From the human T2T-CHM13v2.0 reference genome, Homo sapiens: a stretch of DNA of 64,000 nucleotides. The stretch lies in assembly GCF_009914755.1 (NCBI RefSeq), contig NC_060928.1. One strand, written 5' to 3'. Below the pieces are notes generated by a model. The model was not told the DNA's origin. It searched no databases and was given only the letters and a program-made list of their open reading frames with translations. The translations under genes and the position numbers were made by a program. Positions within the stretch are counted from its first letter, which is position 1. Every line of letters begins with the position of its first letter. Positions 12,661-27,974 of the stretch are shown in pieces.

Positions 12661-13759
12661 AAACATTTATTTAGTACTTAACATGGGTAAAGCTACGTAT
12701 TGTGGCACTTATCCAAGTATTTCCTTGCATTTGTATTATCTGGATTTTGGCTTTAATCCCCACTAAGTTTCACACTTTTCATAGAAAGAAGTGAAGGAAT
12801 AATAACTGGAAGTTTTTAAATATTCATATTGATGTATAATATTGCCATATATAAATAATCCAGAATTAAACATATATTTCATAATCATACAGGAAATTAA
12901 GAAATAGATGATCAGGTTTTATATTCTTGTAATGTCCAAGAAAAATAAATTAAACCTACATATCATGATTTCTCTGGCAATTCATATTTTACTTGGCACA
13001 AGGAGCTAAGTACATCCTATATCAAATGCCATGGATCAATGTTTCCCAAAATTTAAATACGTTCTACTCACAATGTGTATAAAAGATGATCTATGGGACC
13101 AAAACACAGTGAACTACACAAAGAAAAAGTTCCCCCCAATTACATTATTTTCTAGTTTATAAATTACTGTAATCAACAAATTGAGGATCTGCTGACTGTT
13201 GGGCATTAGTGTAGGTTCTGAGTCTGCATCTTGAAGAAAAATGAAGCCTTTTAGCATATTTTGGGAAGGGGCAAAAATGAACAAGGAAACAATAAATACT
13301 CTAGTAAGGGCTATGAAAAAGGAGAGAGACAACCTCAGGCTAAGAACATTTCGTGGGCACCAGCATCTGAAGTTAAATGTGATAACATTTGTTTCCACAA
13401 GTAACTTATAATTTATAGCATAATATATTGTTTTTCTATTTATGGTAGTAATTTATAGTTTCCTTTTAAAAATATTGTATTAAATTTCATATTACTTTAA
13501 AATAAAATATTAAATTACATATAAGTGGTGAGTGAATGTAGCAAAACTGAGGAGATGACATGTTCTCTACTGTGAAAATGAATTAAATATCAGCCATTAA
13601 TACTATTTCTTTTTGAGGAAAAAGAGGTAATGATGAAAAAACAATCTAATATCATGTGAACATAAAGAGAAGAGAAAAATAATCCAAGGAAAGAATACAC
13701 TTTATTAAACATATCTGGCATTTGTTTCGGCCATTCAATATTTGGATCTATTTCTTATG

Positions 13760-14556
13760 ACATGTTTGAGTTTATTTGGAGGAAGGTAACTCTCCCTCTT
13801 CCTTGAAGATGCTCAGACTTTCCTGCACTCACATTCTCAGACTCCCTTACAGCTTGGATGCAGGCTTTGCCAATGAGATATACTCATGGTATGTGTATTA
13901 GTCCATTTTCATGCTGCTAATAAAGACATATCTGAGACTGGGTAATTTATAAGGAAAAAGAGGTTTAATAGACTCACTGTTCAACGTGGCTGGGGAGGCC
14001 TCATAATCATGGTGGAAGGCAAAAGGCACATATTACATGGCAGCAGGCAAGAGAGAAAATGAGAGCCAAATGAAAGGGGTTCCCCCTTATAAAACCACCC
14101 GATCTCATAGGACTTATTCACTACCAAGAGAACAGTATGGGACAAATTGCCCCCATGATTCAGATATCTCCCACCAGGTCCCACCCACAACACATGGAAA
14201 TTACGGGAACTACAATTCAAGATGAGATTTGGGTGGAACACAGCCAAACCATATCAATCGGTAAAAGTCACACACACACAAAATGTAGAGTTGATGGAGA
14301 ATCGTCTCTGGCAGAAGTCAGCATTGCTGCAATATGCAGTGGGATTCACGCACAGGGCCAGAGGTGTGGATATGTGAAAATGCAGTTCTACTGCTGGTGA
14401 TAGATCTCTGGCATAATTTTAGATCTTGTTTCTGGCTCAGCAGTACCCAAGCCTCAAGAAAATTAGTAATTTCATATAATTTTGATAAATTCCTTTGTGT
14501 TTAAGGCAACCACAATAGTTTCTTTCATTTACAACTAAAAACTTGAACTCATGCCA
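13760..14556 (+). mobile_element. old ERVL LTR (LTR33-like), split by THE1
   Basis: Contains ctcccttacagcttggatgcagg; 3' end ataaattcctttgtgtttaaggcaacc...tttacaactaaaaacttgaactcatgcca. Confidence 0.5.
13894..14256 (-). mobile_element. THE1 (B/C/D-like) MaLR solo LTR
   Basis: Runs tgtattagtccattttcatgctgctaataaagacata...gatgagatttgggtggaacacagccaaaccatatca; 363 bp. Confidence 0.93.
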
Positions 14557-14657
14557 ACAAATAAGACGGGAAGGAGTATACATTTATTACCCCATGGTCA
14601 CCAGCCCTTGGCACAAAAATATCAATAAATATTGAATGATGAAAAAATATAAAAAGT

Positions 14658-15290
14658 AAATTAGTCAACCTCTATGGAAAACAATATAGAGATTTATCAA
14701 AAACCTGCAAGTAGATCTACCATTTGATCCAGAAATGCAACTACTGTGCACCTACCGAAAAGGAAAAGAAGTCATTATATCAAAAAGCCATCTGCACACA
14801 TATCTTTATCACAGCACAATTGACAATTGCAAATATTTGTAATCAACCTCAGTGTCCATCAACTCATGGGTGAATAAAGAAGATGATGTGATATATCTAT
14901 ATATCTCTATCTCTATCTATACACCATGAAGTACTACTTGGCCATAAAAAAGAATGAAATAAAGTATTTTGCAGCAACTTGGATGGAACTGGAGGCCATT
15001 ATTCTAACGGAAGCCATTCAGAAATGGAAAACCAAATAATGCATGTTCTCATTTACAAGTGGGAGCTAAGCTATGTGTACACAAAGGTATACGGAGTGCT
15101 ATGATAAACATTGTAGACTCAGAAAGAGGCAAGGTCGCAGAGGGGCTAGGAATAAAAAAAAATCCCTATTGGGTACACTGTCCGTTATTCGGATGACAGG
15201 TGCACTAAAAGCCCAGACTTCACTACTCTGCAGTTAATCCATGTAACCAAAAACCACTTGTACCATTAGCTATTGGAATAAAAATAAAAG
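14658..15290 (+). mobile_element. L1PB-type 5'-truncated LINE-1
   Basis: ORF2 end (caacctctatggaaaaca, gcagcaacttggatggaactggaggccattattct) plus 3'UTR taaaagcccagacttcactact...catgtaaccaaaaaccacttgtacc and an A-rich tail. Confidence 0.88.
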
Positions 15291-16299
15291 GGTTTTTCTT
15301 AAAAGAAAATAACATAGTTTTCCTCTCTTTCAAAGTAGCAGAAATATACCCCCCCACAAAAAAAAAGTAGAGTTGATGGAGAATCGTCTCTGGCAGCAGT
15401 GAGCATTGCTGCAATACGCAGTGGGATCCACGCACAGGGCCAGAGGTGTGAATGATGATGCTTTTACTTTTCATTTTATTTCTCTATTTTCTTTAACTTG
15501 GATTCAGAAAGATTAACTTTTGTACAGCACTGATAAAGTGGTCTGCTCCAAAACTCTTTAGTAGCACACTGATTGACAAAATAAATCTGACATGCATGTC
15601 AGCTATTTTAAAGTAGAAATATGTTAGAAATTGTCATGGCACTTGAATTGCCATGAAATTCCAAATGATCACATTAAGTGATAATTTGGGATCCATATAT
15701 AAAAAGCTGTAAAATCAGTAAAGAAAATCATGTTTATCATAAAAATTTTAGTTTAATAAAGACAACACTTAAACTAAGGGCACTGGAACAGTAAAAATCT
15801 TTCCCATTTCTCACTGTGTAAAGAGATTACTTTTATCCTGCAATGAGATTTGCAGAGTACTGTGCCACAAGAAAATAAAGGATTTGAGTGATATATTAAG
15901 AAATAAGGAGAAAGGCAATATATTTGAAATTCACACAAGAACAGAAACTGGAAAATCACACATATACCCTTAATATCTACTGTAAGTACATATACTGATC
16001 ATAAGTTTTGTAGATATGCATATATTTCATTCAAAATACTCATGCCAATAACAGAGAGTATCTATCTGAGGCTTTCAAATCCCCAAGAAATTATGAAGAG
16101 TTTTCTCACCATGCTGTGATCTTTTCTAGCAGAAGCTCTTTCACTTTCATACCCCATATATCTCAGGGTCTGAATGTCGTCAGTGTCTTCCCTGGTTTTG
16201 GTCCTTAAAGCCAATTGCAAACGTATCTTTACCTTCCTCCTTCAAACACCCAGCTACATTGAAACACAGGCCATCGGCCTGTCCCAGTGGCAATTTAAG

Positions 16300-17500
16300 C
16301 CTGTGAGTATCAAGAATCTCCTGGTGATCAGATCTCCTGGTCACCACCCTTCTTTTATGCATGGGTTTGACCACTGACTCACTCTCTCCATGATGTGATT
16401 TCCATAGTCATTATTGAATTTGATATTCAATATCCAAATTCTCATTTCATTGGTATTCTTACTCCTAACAGAAACATACTTTTCTCAGCCACAGTTCTGC
16501 CAATCACAATCTTAACAGCGAGTTTGCTCCTCACTTTCTCATCCCCTCTCACCCTCTGATTCTGGCTCTCTCTCTCTCTCCACCAACCTCATTCCTTAAT
16601 CTGCCCCTCTCTCTTATGTCATCATATGTATTTGTCAAAACCATATCCCAGTTAACTATTTGCTTCTCATCTACTCCTTTTCTACAACATTGTATCTGAA
16701 TATATTGTTTAAAAAAAACACAACCATGCCGAACATGCTGAATATTCTGTTTAAGTGTTTAAATTCATCAAAACAGATCTGATGTGGGCGATTAATAGTA
16801 TTGTTACTATGATGCCATGATTAATAACATAATGATATTATAACACTTATCTACTTCATGCATTCTTTTGATTTTGGAGATTACAATTTCATACAATTTC
16901 TTCTCTCCAAACTTTCTCCACATCCTCTCCCATGCTCACTGTTAACAGATGATCTTGCGTCCTACTACACTGAAAAAAATTGGACAATTAAGAGAATTAA
17001 GAGGAAGATATCCATAACTCCCCAACCTCTATATCACCCAGCAACCAGCTCTTGGTCCAATATGCTCTTCATTTCATCCTGATAATACAGATGAGCTGTT
17101 CTTGCATCTGAAATTAATACAAGAATTTGTGAAATGTCTCCCAATCCATTTATTTCATTGTTTCCAGGCTCATGATCTAGGAATTTCCAAGCCCTTTCTT
17201 TCCAGCAGCATAATTTCTCCCAAGCTACTATTTATTACCATACAAGTATGATAGGTCTATTTTTAACTTTTTGTTGTTCTCAAAATACAAGCTGTCTCTT
17301 GATTCTACTTCCTATTGTGGATTTTTTTCTTAAAGAGTTTGAGCCTCCTCCTCTTCCTTCTCCTCCTCCTCCTTCTTGTTTATTTAATCCGTTCTAGTTT
17401 GTTTCCCAAACTCCTCAAGACTGTTTTTCTTCAAGATCACTTGTACAAAATTGAATATTCAATGCATAATTCCCACTTTACTCTGTACTCCTGGAAATAT
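16300..17500 (+). mobile_element. L2 ORF2-region remnants
   Basis: ctcactgttaacagatgatcttgcgtcctactacactgaaaaaaatt is a conserved L2 motif. Confidence 0.55.
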
Positions 17501-17789
17501 ATGTCTCAATGAATTTATAGGATTATATCATGTATCAATCAAGGTTCAACCAGATAAGTAGAATAAGGACAATAACCAAGTAATACTTCTGCCTTGCATG
17601 ACAACTATTTTACTTACAACTAAAAATATACTAACCTTCTCCTGAGAGGAGGATGTAATTTCCTCAGATAATATTCTCTCTTCTCTCTTGGTATCCTGTA
17701 ATGTAAATATTGTGATATAAAGTTAATTATTATCAATGTATCTTGTGTTAGATGATAAGGGTATAAAAGAATAGAATAAAAATATCTAG

Positions 17790-20085
17790 CCAATATATAC
17801 ATAAGCATATTTATAAAAAAGTGAGAAATAAATAATTATACCTATTTGGGTCTTTATTTCTGCAAGTGGTTATGTGGTCATAGATGGTATTTAAACCCAT
17901 TTCTTACATGATCAATTCTAGATCCTCTTTGTCCTCAGCAAGCATCTCAGCTAGTGATGGTCCTTCACCTGATGGGTGACTCAAATGCTCATTTCTGAAT
18001 GAACTGCACCATTAACAGTCCTGCCTAAATTGGTTTTTGTAATTTTCTATGGACTATAATCACAGACTATTATAGTGCTAAGAGATGGCCTAAGGTACCT
18101 GTATTCCATACGTATTGTTTTTCACCTCCAATCTGCAGTAGCAACTCAATTTCCCACTTGGTCATCAGGATCAATGACTCCAGCCAGTTCAGTAATCCTG
18201 CACTTTGCCTGTTCATTCAGAGACATGAGGAATCCAAAGCTGCTGGGTGGTTGGCCTCAACATCCAGTTCAATGCAATCATTGTTGCTTTTCCTGATGGA
18301 GGCATTTCTCCCTTTGGAATTAAGACATCTAGACTAACAGAGCCTAAGGTCATTGGGATGGGAAGGAAAAACCTTGTTAGTGAATCACTAGGGGTAATTG
18401 TTTGTGGAACCAATTCACTTCCATTTGCACTCCTTGTTTCCTGGACCTGTGAATCCTGGCTATGGGAGAAACAGTAGTATATATTGGGTGCTAATTTAGA
18501 GCATTCTAGAGAATTTCCTGGAGAAATTACCCCAGAACCATCTCTAAACCAGGTCCATGTCTTTCCTTCTTCTGTCAACTGGTTATAGAGAACTCCGGAT
18601 GAGACCATAGATCCAGGCTGGGAGTGAGAAGGTCATGTAGCACAACTTGCCTTCAGGGCCTGGCTTAAGCCCGGTCTCCTGTCTACTGCTTCCTCTGACA
18701 ATGGAGTGCTGCTGTGCATGCCCAGTGTTATGGCTTGGGAGGAGCCACAGCCAGTAACATGTCATATCTCAAAAGCAGAGTTGTTATCCAGAGAAGAAGG
18801 CAGGGTTTTGCTACAAAATCCTTAGAGTCTGCGCTACAATTTGCTGATAGAGCCTCCAAAGGATGCAAACAGCACATCTCTCATTGACACTTCAACCAAA
18901 ATTGGATCTACTGGATCACATGACCCAAGTAGCAGGGAATGTTGCACAACAGCCCTGACTTGTTTCAAAATACTCTGTTGTTCTGGGTCTACCTCAAAGC
19001 TATCAGCTTGTGGGGTCACTGGCTAACTAAACCAGGGTAGCATACAAAAATGAGAAATGTGTTGCCTCCATAATCCAAAGGTGCTGTGCTTCTTTTGGTA
19101 GTAAGAAGGAGTAGATGCAACAATTTATTTTAACTTTAGAAGGGATGTCAACATACCTCGTATCACTGGACCCCTGGAAATTTCACAGAGATAAAGGGTG
19201 CCTGAATTTTTTGAGTTTTATTTATTTTCTCTGACACATCTAGAATAATTGCTATCTGTCGCAAACTAGGTCCAATCAGCACGATATCATCAACGTAATT
19301 GAGCAGCATGGCATCTTCTGGAGGTGAAGATAAATCAAGATCCCATGGATTAAATGGTGACAAAGGTCTAGAGAGCTGATATAACCCTGAACTAGGTTAG
19401 CAAAAGATTTCAGCTGGCCTTGTCATCTGAAAACAAAACTACTTCTCGTGGTCTTTAGTAAAAGGTCTAGAGAGGAAAAAAAAAAAAAAAAAAAGCATTT
19501 TCCAAATCAATAGCTGCATGCTGGTTACCAGGGGATGTATTAATCTGCTCAGGAAACAAAAGCACATCTGGAACTTGAGCTGCAATTGGAGACACCACCT
19601 GATTAAGTTTATAATAGTCTGCTGTTATTCTCCAGCATTTATCTGTTTCTCTGTACAGACCAATTAGACGAGTTGAATGAGGATGTGTTGAAAATCACTA
19701 CCCCTGAATCCTTCAATTGCTTAATGGTGGCAGTAATCTTTTCAATCCCTGCAGGAATATGGCATTGCTTTTAATTTACCATTTTTTCAGGTAAAAGAGT
19801 TTCATTAGCTTCCATTGGCCTCCTTACCATAGTAAGCTCTTAAGCCATAGGTCATGGAAACAGTATGGGGACTCTGCCTACTGCTTGTTTGTGTACTTCA
19901 ATTATTCATTCTGAAACCTGAGAAATAATCACAGGATGAGTTTGGAAGCCACCTAGACCCATCGTGACACTGATCTGAGCTAAAACTCCATTGAACGACA
20001 GATCCACAGAAGTCTCTACTGTGATCGGTGGACAATCATGATGTTTTGGGTCTCCAGGAATTACTATGCCAGTGTTCACACAAAA
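17790..20085 (-). pseudogene. ERVL (class III) internal pro/pol remnant
   Basis: Minus-strand ORFs: LLNYVDDIVLIG (RT catalytic motif, 19163-19363), LKQVRAVVQHSLLLGSCDPVDP (connection, 18834-19019), and YNQLTEEGKTWTWFRDGS (RNase H) plus PKGEMPPSGKATMIALNW (18213-18608). Many stops and frameshifts. Confidence 0.85.
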
Positions 20086-20532
20086 TGTAGAAGTGAGTAA
20101 ATTTGTTGTTTAAATTTAAGCTGGTTAACTTTTATTGAAATTATTTGAAATTAAAAAATATTCCCATTTAAATAAAATTCCTGACCCAGATAGCCTCAAC
20201 AGTATATTCTTCCCAATCTTTAAGGAAGAAATAAAATCAATCTTATATAAACTCTTTTGCAGAGCAGATATAAATGCATACTTCCCAACGTTTTTTATGA
20301 GGGAAGGTTATGTATGACATGAAAACTTGAAAAGAATAAGAAAAAATTATACAGTAGTTACTTTCATAAACATAAAGGCAACATATCACTCCAAATAGTA
20401 GAAAATTAATTTCAGCAATGCATAAGATTGATAATATATCATGATCATGTAGAAGTTTTATCACGTTATGCAAGACCTGTTAAATATCCATAAATTAATT
20501 AGTATAACTATTTGTTTTAATGGGATGTATAC

Positions 20533-20932
20533 TGTGGTGAGTCACCTAAATTTATCCATGCCCGGAACGGAAGGATTCATTTAGCCAGTTGCTGGGAGTG
20601 TTCATGAACGACAGATCTTAAATTATGGCAGGCAATTGAAACTGGTTAGAGAGCTACTCTATCTATGTTCCCTTTGGGGAGCATTCTAAATCCTATGTCA
20701 CTTTTGCCTGAATTCAGGAAAATACTGTAAGGCCACCACAGCTCCACAGCTTCCCATGAGATGTCTAAAACCTTTGTTTTGACTATATTATTGCATGCTC
20801 AACTTCTCCCACTGCCCAATCCTATTGTCTTTACTTCCCCACAAGTTTTGATCCTGAGACATTCCCTTACTAGTACTCCACATGCAAATCTTTATCTCAA
20901 AATATATATCCTAAGGGATCTGTCCTATGACA
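20533..20932 (+). mobile_element. LTR16-like ERVL solo LTR
   Basis: Starts tgtggtgag; ends catgcaaatctttatctcaaa...gggatctgtcctatgaca; contains gctcaacttctccc and ttgatcctgagacattcc. Confidence 0.7.
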
Positions 20933-21185
20933 TTACATTAACAAATACAAGGGGAAACACCATATGTTATTCTCAACAGATCCTAAAGTGCAATCGAAAC
21001 AAAGTCAACAAACATTCTTTGATATATTCTCCCAGGAAACAAGTAATTGAAGAGTACGTCTAAAGTTAAGTGTGTGTAGAGAAAACCAAGCGAAAATAAT
21101 ATAAGAAATAATTTTAAAAGCTTTACATCTGAAATCTAAATATAGTTGCCCATTAATACAAATTCTATTCAACAATATACTACAG

Positions 21186-21394
21186 CAGAGGTTGGCAAAC
21201 TTTTTTCATAAAAGGACAAAAAGAAAACATTTAGGCATTCCCTGTCAGAGTCATTGTCACAGCTGTTCAACTTTGACATTGTAGAATGAAACCAGGGACA
21301 ATAAAATAATGAAGAGTTCTATGTTCTAATAAAACTTTATTTACAAAAAGAGATGTTGGGCTGTGTTTGACCTGTAGGAGTTTGTCAACTCCTG
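21186..21394 (+). mobile_element. MER58A hAT-Charlie MITE
   Basis: TIRs cagaggttggcaaact / agtttgtcaactcctg; internal aataaaactttatttacaaaaa. Confidence 0.88.
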
Positions 21395-21949
21395 TTCTAG
21401 AATTTATAGTGAATACAATAAAATAAGAGAAATAATTAAAATAGAAAGATTAAAGAAGTTATGATTGTAAATTAATGATAGTATACTTAGAAAATTCTAA
21501 GGAATCTACCTATCATATATTAGATTTAATAAGTATAGTTATTAAAATGTCAAAATACAAAATTAAGTGTATTTCTATGTCCAATACTCATAGAATAACT
21601 CATATCAGATAGACCCTTTCACTGGAAACACATAAACTCTAGAAAGAAAAAATAATAGCCACAACAAAAATAGTTGAAGACAATTTATAGCAATTAAAAA
21701 CAGGCAGAAATTAGATATTTTAGGGAAGGTAAAGGCACTGAATGATTTTCCTATACCCATAGCTTTTTGCCACAAGCAGATTTCAGTCAGTTATAGTGCA
21801 GGCAATTAATATTTACATAGAATATCACAGTTTTCCTGTCCTTAAAAAGCAGAAGTTAGAGTTAGGGGCTACCAGAGTAAGTAAAAGAAATGTGAATTCC
21901 AGAATGTGAAAACCGCACAAAGGAAATTAAACATTCTTTCCAAATATCA

Positions 21950-22651
<702 letters not shown>

Positions 22652-23490
22652 AGTAAAAAACAGAAAATATATTTAATCTACTGTCCATCAGATAGGAGAT
22701 AATCTTTATAGTCTGAACTAAACTAAACTGCTAAAAAACAAAGAAACAATCAAATTAATCTTCAACATTCTTCAGATAAATAAAGCGAGCGAGTGCCTCT
22801 GAAAAAATATTATTCACAATGCTTCAAAGACCAAGATAAACTCCCAAATTATAAAACAGGAAATATAACGCAGATCTTTACCTGAGAAAAATGATAGTCA
22901 GTGTAAACAGACACCACAATTGCCCAAATATTGGGATTAGTGGGTAAGTGTTATAAAGCAACATTTTTAACTATACTCAAGAATGTGAAATTACATATGT
23001 TCATAATAAATGAAAAAATAGAGAATCTCAGAAACATCATACAAAATAATAGAAAATCTATAAAAACATATTTATCCAGTTAACTTGAAAATTAAGAAAT
23101 AGAAATTACCTAAAATGAAGAAAAGTAAGAAACAACATATAGGAAGAAAGTGAATGAGACCTGTGTAGGCTGTGAGATAATATTCCAAGTTCCAAAAAAA
23201 ATGTGTAATTAGAGGCTCAGAAGGGGAGAGAAATGAAAGATAAGGTAACAAAACATTCGGATAAATAATGGCAAATAATTCCCCAATTTTGCTGAAAGAC
23301 ATACGTTTACAAATTCAAGAAGCTAATCAAAACGCAAGAAGGATAAATATTTTTAAAACAAACACATTATTAGACACAGTATAATTAGAATGTTACAACA
23401 CAACAACAAAGGGAAATCTTAAAAGCAACTAGAGAAAAATGTCATTACATACAGAGGAGTAACAAGAATGGCTGCTGACTTCTCCTCTGA

Positions 23491-23864
<374 letters not shown>

Positions 23865-23880
23865 TTTTTTTTTAGTTTTT

Positions 23881-23916
<36 letters not shown>

Positions 23917-23977
23917 AGACAGAGTCTCACTCTGTCACCCAGGCTGGAGTGCAGTGGCGTGATCTTGGCTCACTGCA
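23865..23977 (-). mobile_element. severely 5'-truncated Alu (~62 nt plus long tail)
   Basis: gagacagagtctcactctgtcacccaggctggagtgcagtggcgtgatcttggctcactgca followed by the second copy of a 20-bp TSD. Confidence 0.9.
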
Positions 23978-24607
23978 GAAAAAAGGGGAAAAATGTCAAC
24001 TCAGATTTCTATATGAAAGAAAAATATAATTTAAGAATGATGGCAAAGTAAACTCATTTTGAGATAAGTAAAAGCAAACAATTTGTGAGCAGAGTCCCTG
24101 CAATTCAAGAGACAACAAAGAGAGATCTTCAAGCTGATGGGAAAGACATTACTAGATGGTATCTAGTAATAGGAGATAGAGAGTTGGGTTTTCACAAAGG
24201 AATAGGTATGAGTGTTTATAGCTGTTCTAAAGATATAATCTTTAATAGTCATTTAAATGTTGAAAACAAAAATTATAAGACTTTTATGAATTTATATCTT
24301 ATTTAGCTTATATAAAATATTTATTATACATAAATATAGAGAGGCTATAAACAGTATAAACAATAGGGCAGGGCAATTGTAAGGTAATTATTGCAAGGTA
24401 ATTACACTTAGTGTAGTGTCACAATATTAAATTATACAGACTGAAAAGGATTTAAGGATGAATATCTTAGTAATTACAGTGACCAAGACAAAATATAATG
24501 CAAAGAGGTTTAACTAATATGTCAATATGCCCTGAAACAATGACTATTATAACAAAACAGTTATGGTAAATAAACCTCCAAAAAAAAGGAGATCTAAAGA
24601 AATCGTA

Positions 24608-24936
<329 letters not shown>

Positions 24937-24974
24937 TTAATCCAAAACAGGAAGAAAAAGAGAGATATGATGTA

Positions 24975-25905
24975 TATTACAGTTTTATCTCCAAAAATTT
25001 AATTTTAAGTTTTTTAATATAATTTCAGTGTATCTAACTTTTAAACTTTTTGAATATATGAAATATAATTGCAATAACTTTTAATGTCCATCTGCTAATT
25101 CAAATATGTGTGTCAGTTCTTGGTTGGTTTTCACTGATTTATTTTTTATCAGCCTTTTCGTCAGGGGTCATATTTTCTTGCTTCTTTGCATCCCTGGAAA
25201 GTCTTTTTACTGAATGCCAAACCTTTGAATTTACTCCGTTGAGTGCTGGATAATTTTGTGTTCCCATAAGAATTATTGAGTTTTATTATAGGATGCTGTT
25301 AAATTACTTTAACGTGGTTTGACCCTTTTAGAATTTGTTAGGTGGGACCTGAGCAGTGTTCAGTGTGCAGTTATTCTCCACTACGGAGGCAAGACCTTTC
25401 TGTGTACTTTCCCAATGCTCCATGAATCTTAAGGTTTTCCAGTATGACTTCTGGGAATAGACATTAGTCCTGGCCCTTTTAGAGCACCGTATATTGCTAA
25501 CATTTGGGAAGTTTCCTTCTTCAATCTCTTTTGTTTCCTGACACACGCTCTGATTAGTACCCATTGAAACCCTGGGGGAGATCCTTTGCAGATCTGGGAG
25601 TTCTCACTCTGCAGCTGGTTTCTCTCTGATGCGCTGTCCTGCACACTAAGTTACTTTGCTCTCCCCAAAGTCTCAGCTCTGTGTCAACTCAGGGAGGCTG
25701 CTGGCGTCCATTCTTACTCCATACACTGTGACCAGGAATCTCTCTCAATGTAAAAAACTGGTGTAATCGTGGGACTCACTTTTATTTATCCTAACTTAGG
25801 GGTTACTTTCTTCTACTTTTTGAGGTTCAGCATTGTTTTCATTTATCCTATTTTGGCTGTTGACGTTGAGTGGATATATCTGGTCCCTATCACTCCATCT
25901 TGTAA
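24975..25905. mobile_element. old L1 (L1MC4-like) fragment
   Basis: gggtcatattttcttgcttctttgcat...gagtgctggataattttgtg resembles L1MC-type sequence. Confidence 0.55.
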
Positions 25906-26599
25906 GCAGTTGTAAATGATTTATTTTCTCAGCTTTTAACATAATATATTCCTTTTAACATAACATGCTATTTACTAATTTATATTAGTATGTATTTATT
26001 ATGAGGGCTGTATTTCCTACCTTCATAGTGAAAGCTCTATTAGGGCAATGGTTTTTTCTCTTTTGTTTAGCAGTGTATCCAGTGACGAGAATAGTGCCAG
26101 ACAAATAGCAGAAAGTAAATAAACACTTGTATTCTTTACCTCACGCTCCTCAATGACAGCAAACATTACGAAACCTGATGTCGCCACCACTTCTCATTCT
26201 TATAGATTCAACTTCCATATTCTTACTCCATTTCTCCAACCTCACAGTAACATCCCTGCCAGATGTGCTACTTCCTCCTCACTTTCTGTCACCCTCCACT
26301 TCCTTCTCCACGACTCAGCCTCCAGTTCATATTCATATATTATAATCAGTCTTTTATTGTCCCTAGACTTTCTCATCCCCATTTTTCTTGTTGCATTTGG
26401 CTAGACAAAACTGCAATTCTACTAAAACTAAATATCAATCTATTCCATTGTAATACCGAAATCATTCAATTTTGCTAAAGAAAATGGCAAGACCTGTTTG
26501 ACCAATCTCATCATACTAAACAAATGACTGTATATCTTAAGTAGAGTCTATACACTCTCAATATAATCCTTCTTTTACATTTTTGCCCCACATAAAACA

Positions 26600-27500
26600 A
26601 ATAATGTGTAACTCTACCCCTCTTCCCTTCTCAAGACCCTATCCCAAGTCTCACCTGATAATTTTCTCCCAAGCCTTTATTTAACATTAGGTTAAGTCAG
26701 AAGAGAAATTTCTGCCACTAAAGCAACCAGCCTGTCTGCATCTCTTGCCACATAATCTGCCTTGCTTCACAACAATACAATAGAAGAGGTATCTTTGCTC
26801 CTATCTAAGTCTTCCCCACCATTTGTGGTTTGGGTTTTGTCTGTTTTTACTCATCAGGCAACCTTCACCATACATTTACCCCTCATAGTCCTTTCACCAT
26901 CAGGTTACTTCTTGCTCATAGATCATTGCCCTTAGCATTCAAGCATGTCATAGAAGTTCACATTTTTAAATTCAATTGAATACAATACAAAAGGAAATAG
27001 TTCCCTTTCATCACTCTCCATCTCCCTCCAAATACCATTATTCATCTCTCCTCAAAATAACCCCCAGAATTGTGCACACTCATTGGTTCTGCTTTGTAAA
27101 ATTCCCACTCTTTTCCTCACCTCACTCTATTCCTGCTTTTGTTCCCACCATCCAATTAGATTGTCTAGTACTGAAGTTTCCAATTACCTACATACTGCCA
27201 GCCACACTAATTAGTCATCTCATTTCACCCTACTTGACCATGCTTTGACATAATTAATACCCTCTCCTTCTCAAAACACTTTTATTTTCTTCTAAAAGAA
27301 TCAGATTTTTTTCTCTTCTGATTTGTCTCTTAGTCAGTTTTTATTCTCAGTATCCATTACTAACCTTTTCTTTGTTTTTACCACTAATGAAATCAGTGAG
27401 CCAGGACTCTGTTCTAGGACCTGCTCTCCTCTGTCAATCTTCTCTCCAGAGGATCTCAGGCAACACCATTCTTTTAATATCTAGTGTTTGTTGAAAATAA
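26600..27500 (+). mobile_element. L2 remnants
   Basis: ttgtgcacactcattgg, ccctctccttctcaaaacacttt, ggactctgttctaggacctgctctc. Confidence 0.55.
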
Positions 27501-27974
27501 CACCAGGATATCAGATGGTTCATAAAATTTGTATTTATTTCAAATGATGGAAGAACAAAGAAAGCAATGATAATGATAACATTAACATTTTTATATATGA
27601 ATTTCCACAACATTAATTTCTGGGGAAAATATTGACCTTTAGAAATTTTCATAAAACAATATACTAAGAGTCTAACAAATTAACCAAAATGACTTTTCTT
27701 ATATAAACATTTTTATACGTATAAGAATATGATATGCTTATTGTAGAATTCATAGAAAATACAAACTCTGTATCAGAATATAAACAACCCATAATCTTAA
27801 TATTGTAAGATTATAAACTATATGCAAAACGCTATTAATTTCCGTTTTGCATATAGTTTTATAGTGTTACTTGCTTCTTTTACTTATATAATATAAACAT
27901 TTCTGATATGAATGAAATGCTTCATCAATATGTTTGTCATTTTCTTTAACAGTCCATTCAAAATATGTATTGTA

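Larger units (their letters stand above)
20130..21545 (+). mobile_element. old L1M ORF2 remnant, interrupted by LTR16 and MER58A
   Basis: ORF 20135-20317 (KIPDPDSLNSIFFPIFKEEIKSILYKLF) resembles L1 ORF2p KSPGPDGFT.EFYQTFKEEL; also ttctattcaacaatatacta and atgattgta...tagaaaattcta. Confidence 0.75.

Noticed and set aside
13889-14261. TSD for the THE1 LTR
   Set aside because: The flanks gtatg and atcgg do not match, so no TSD is claimed.
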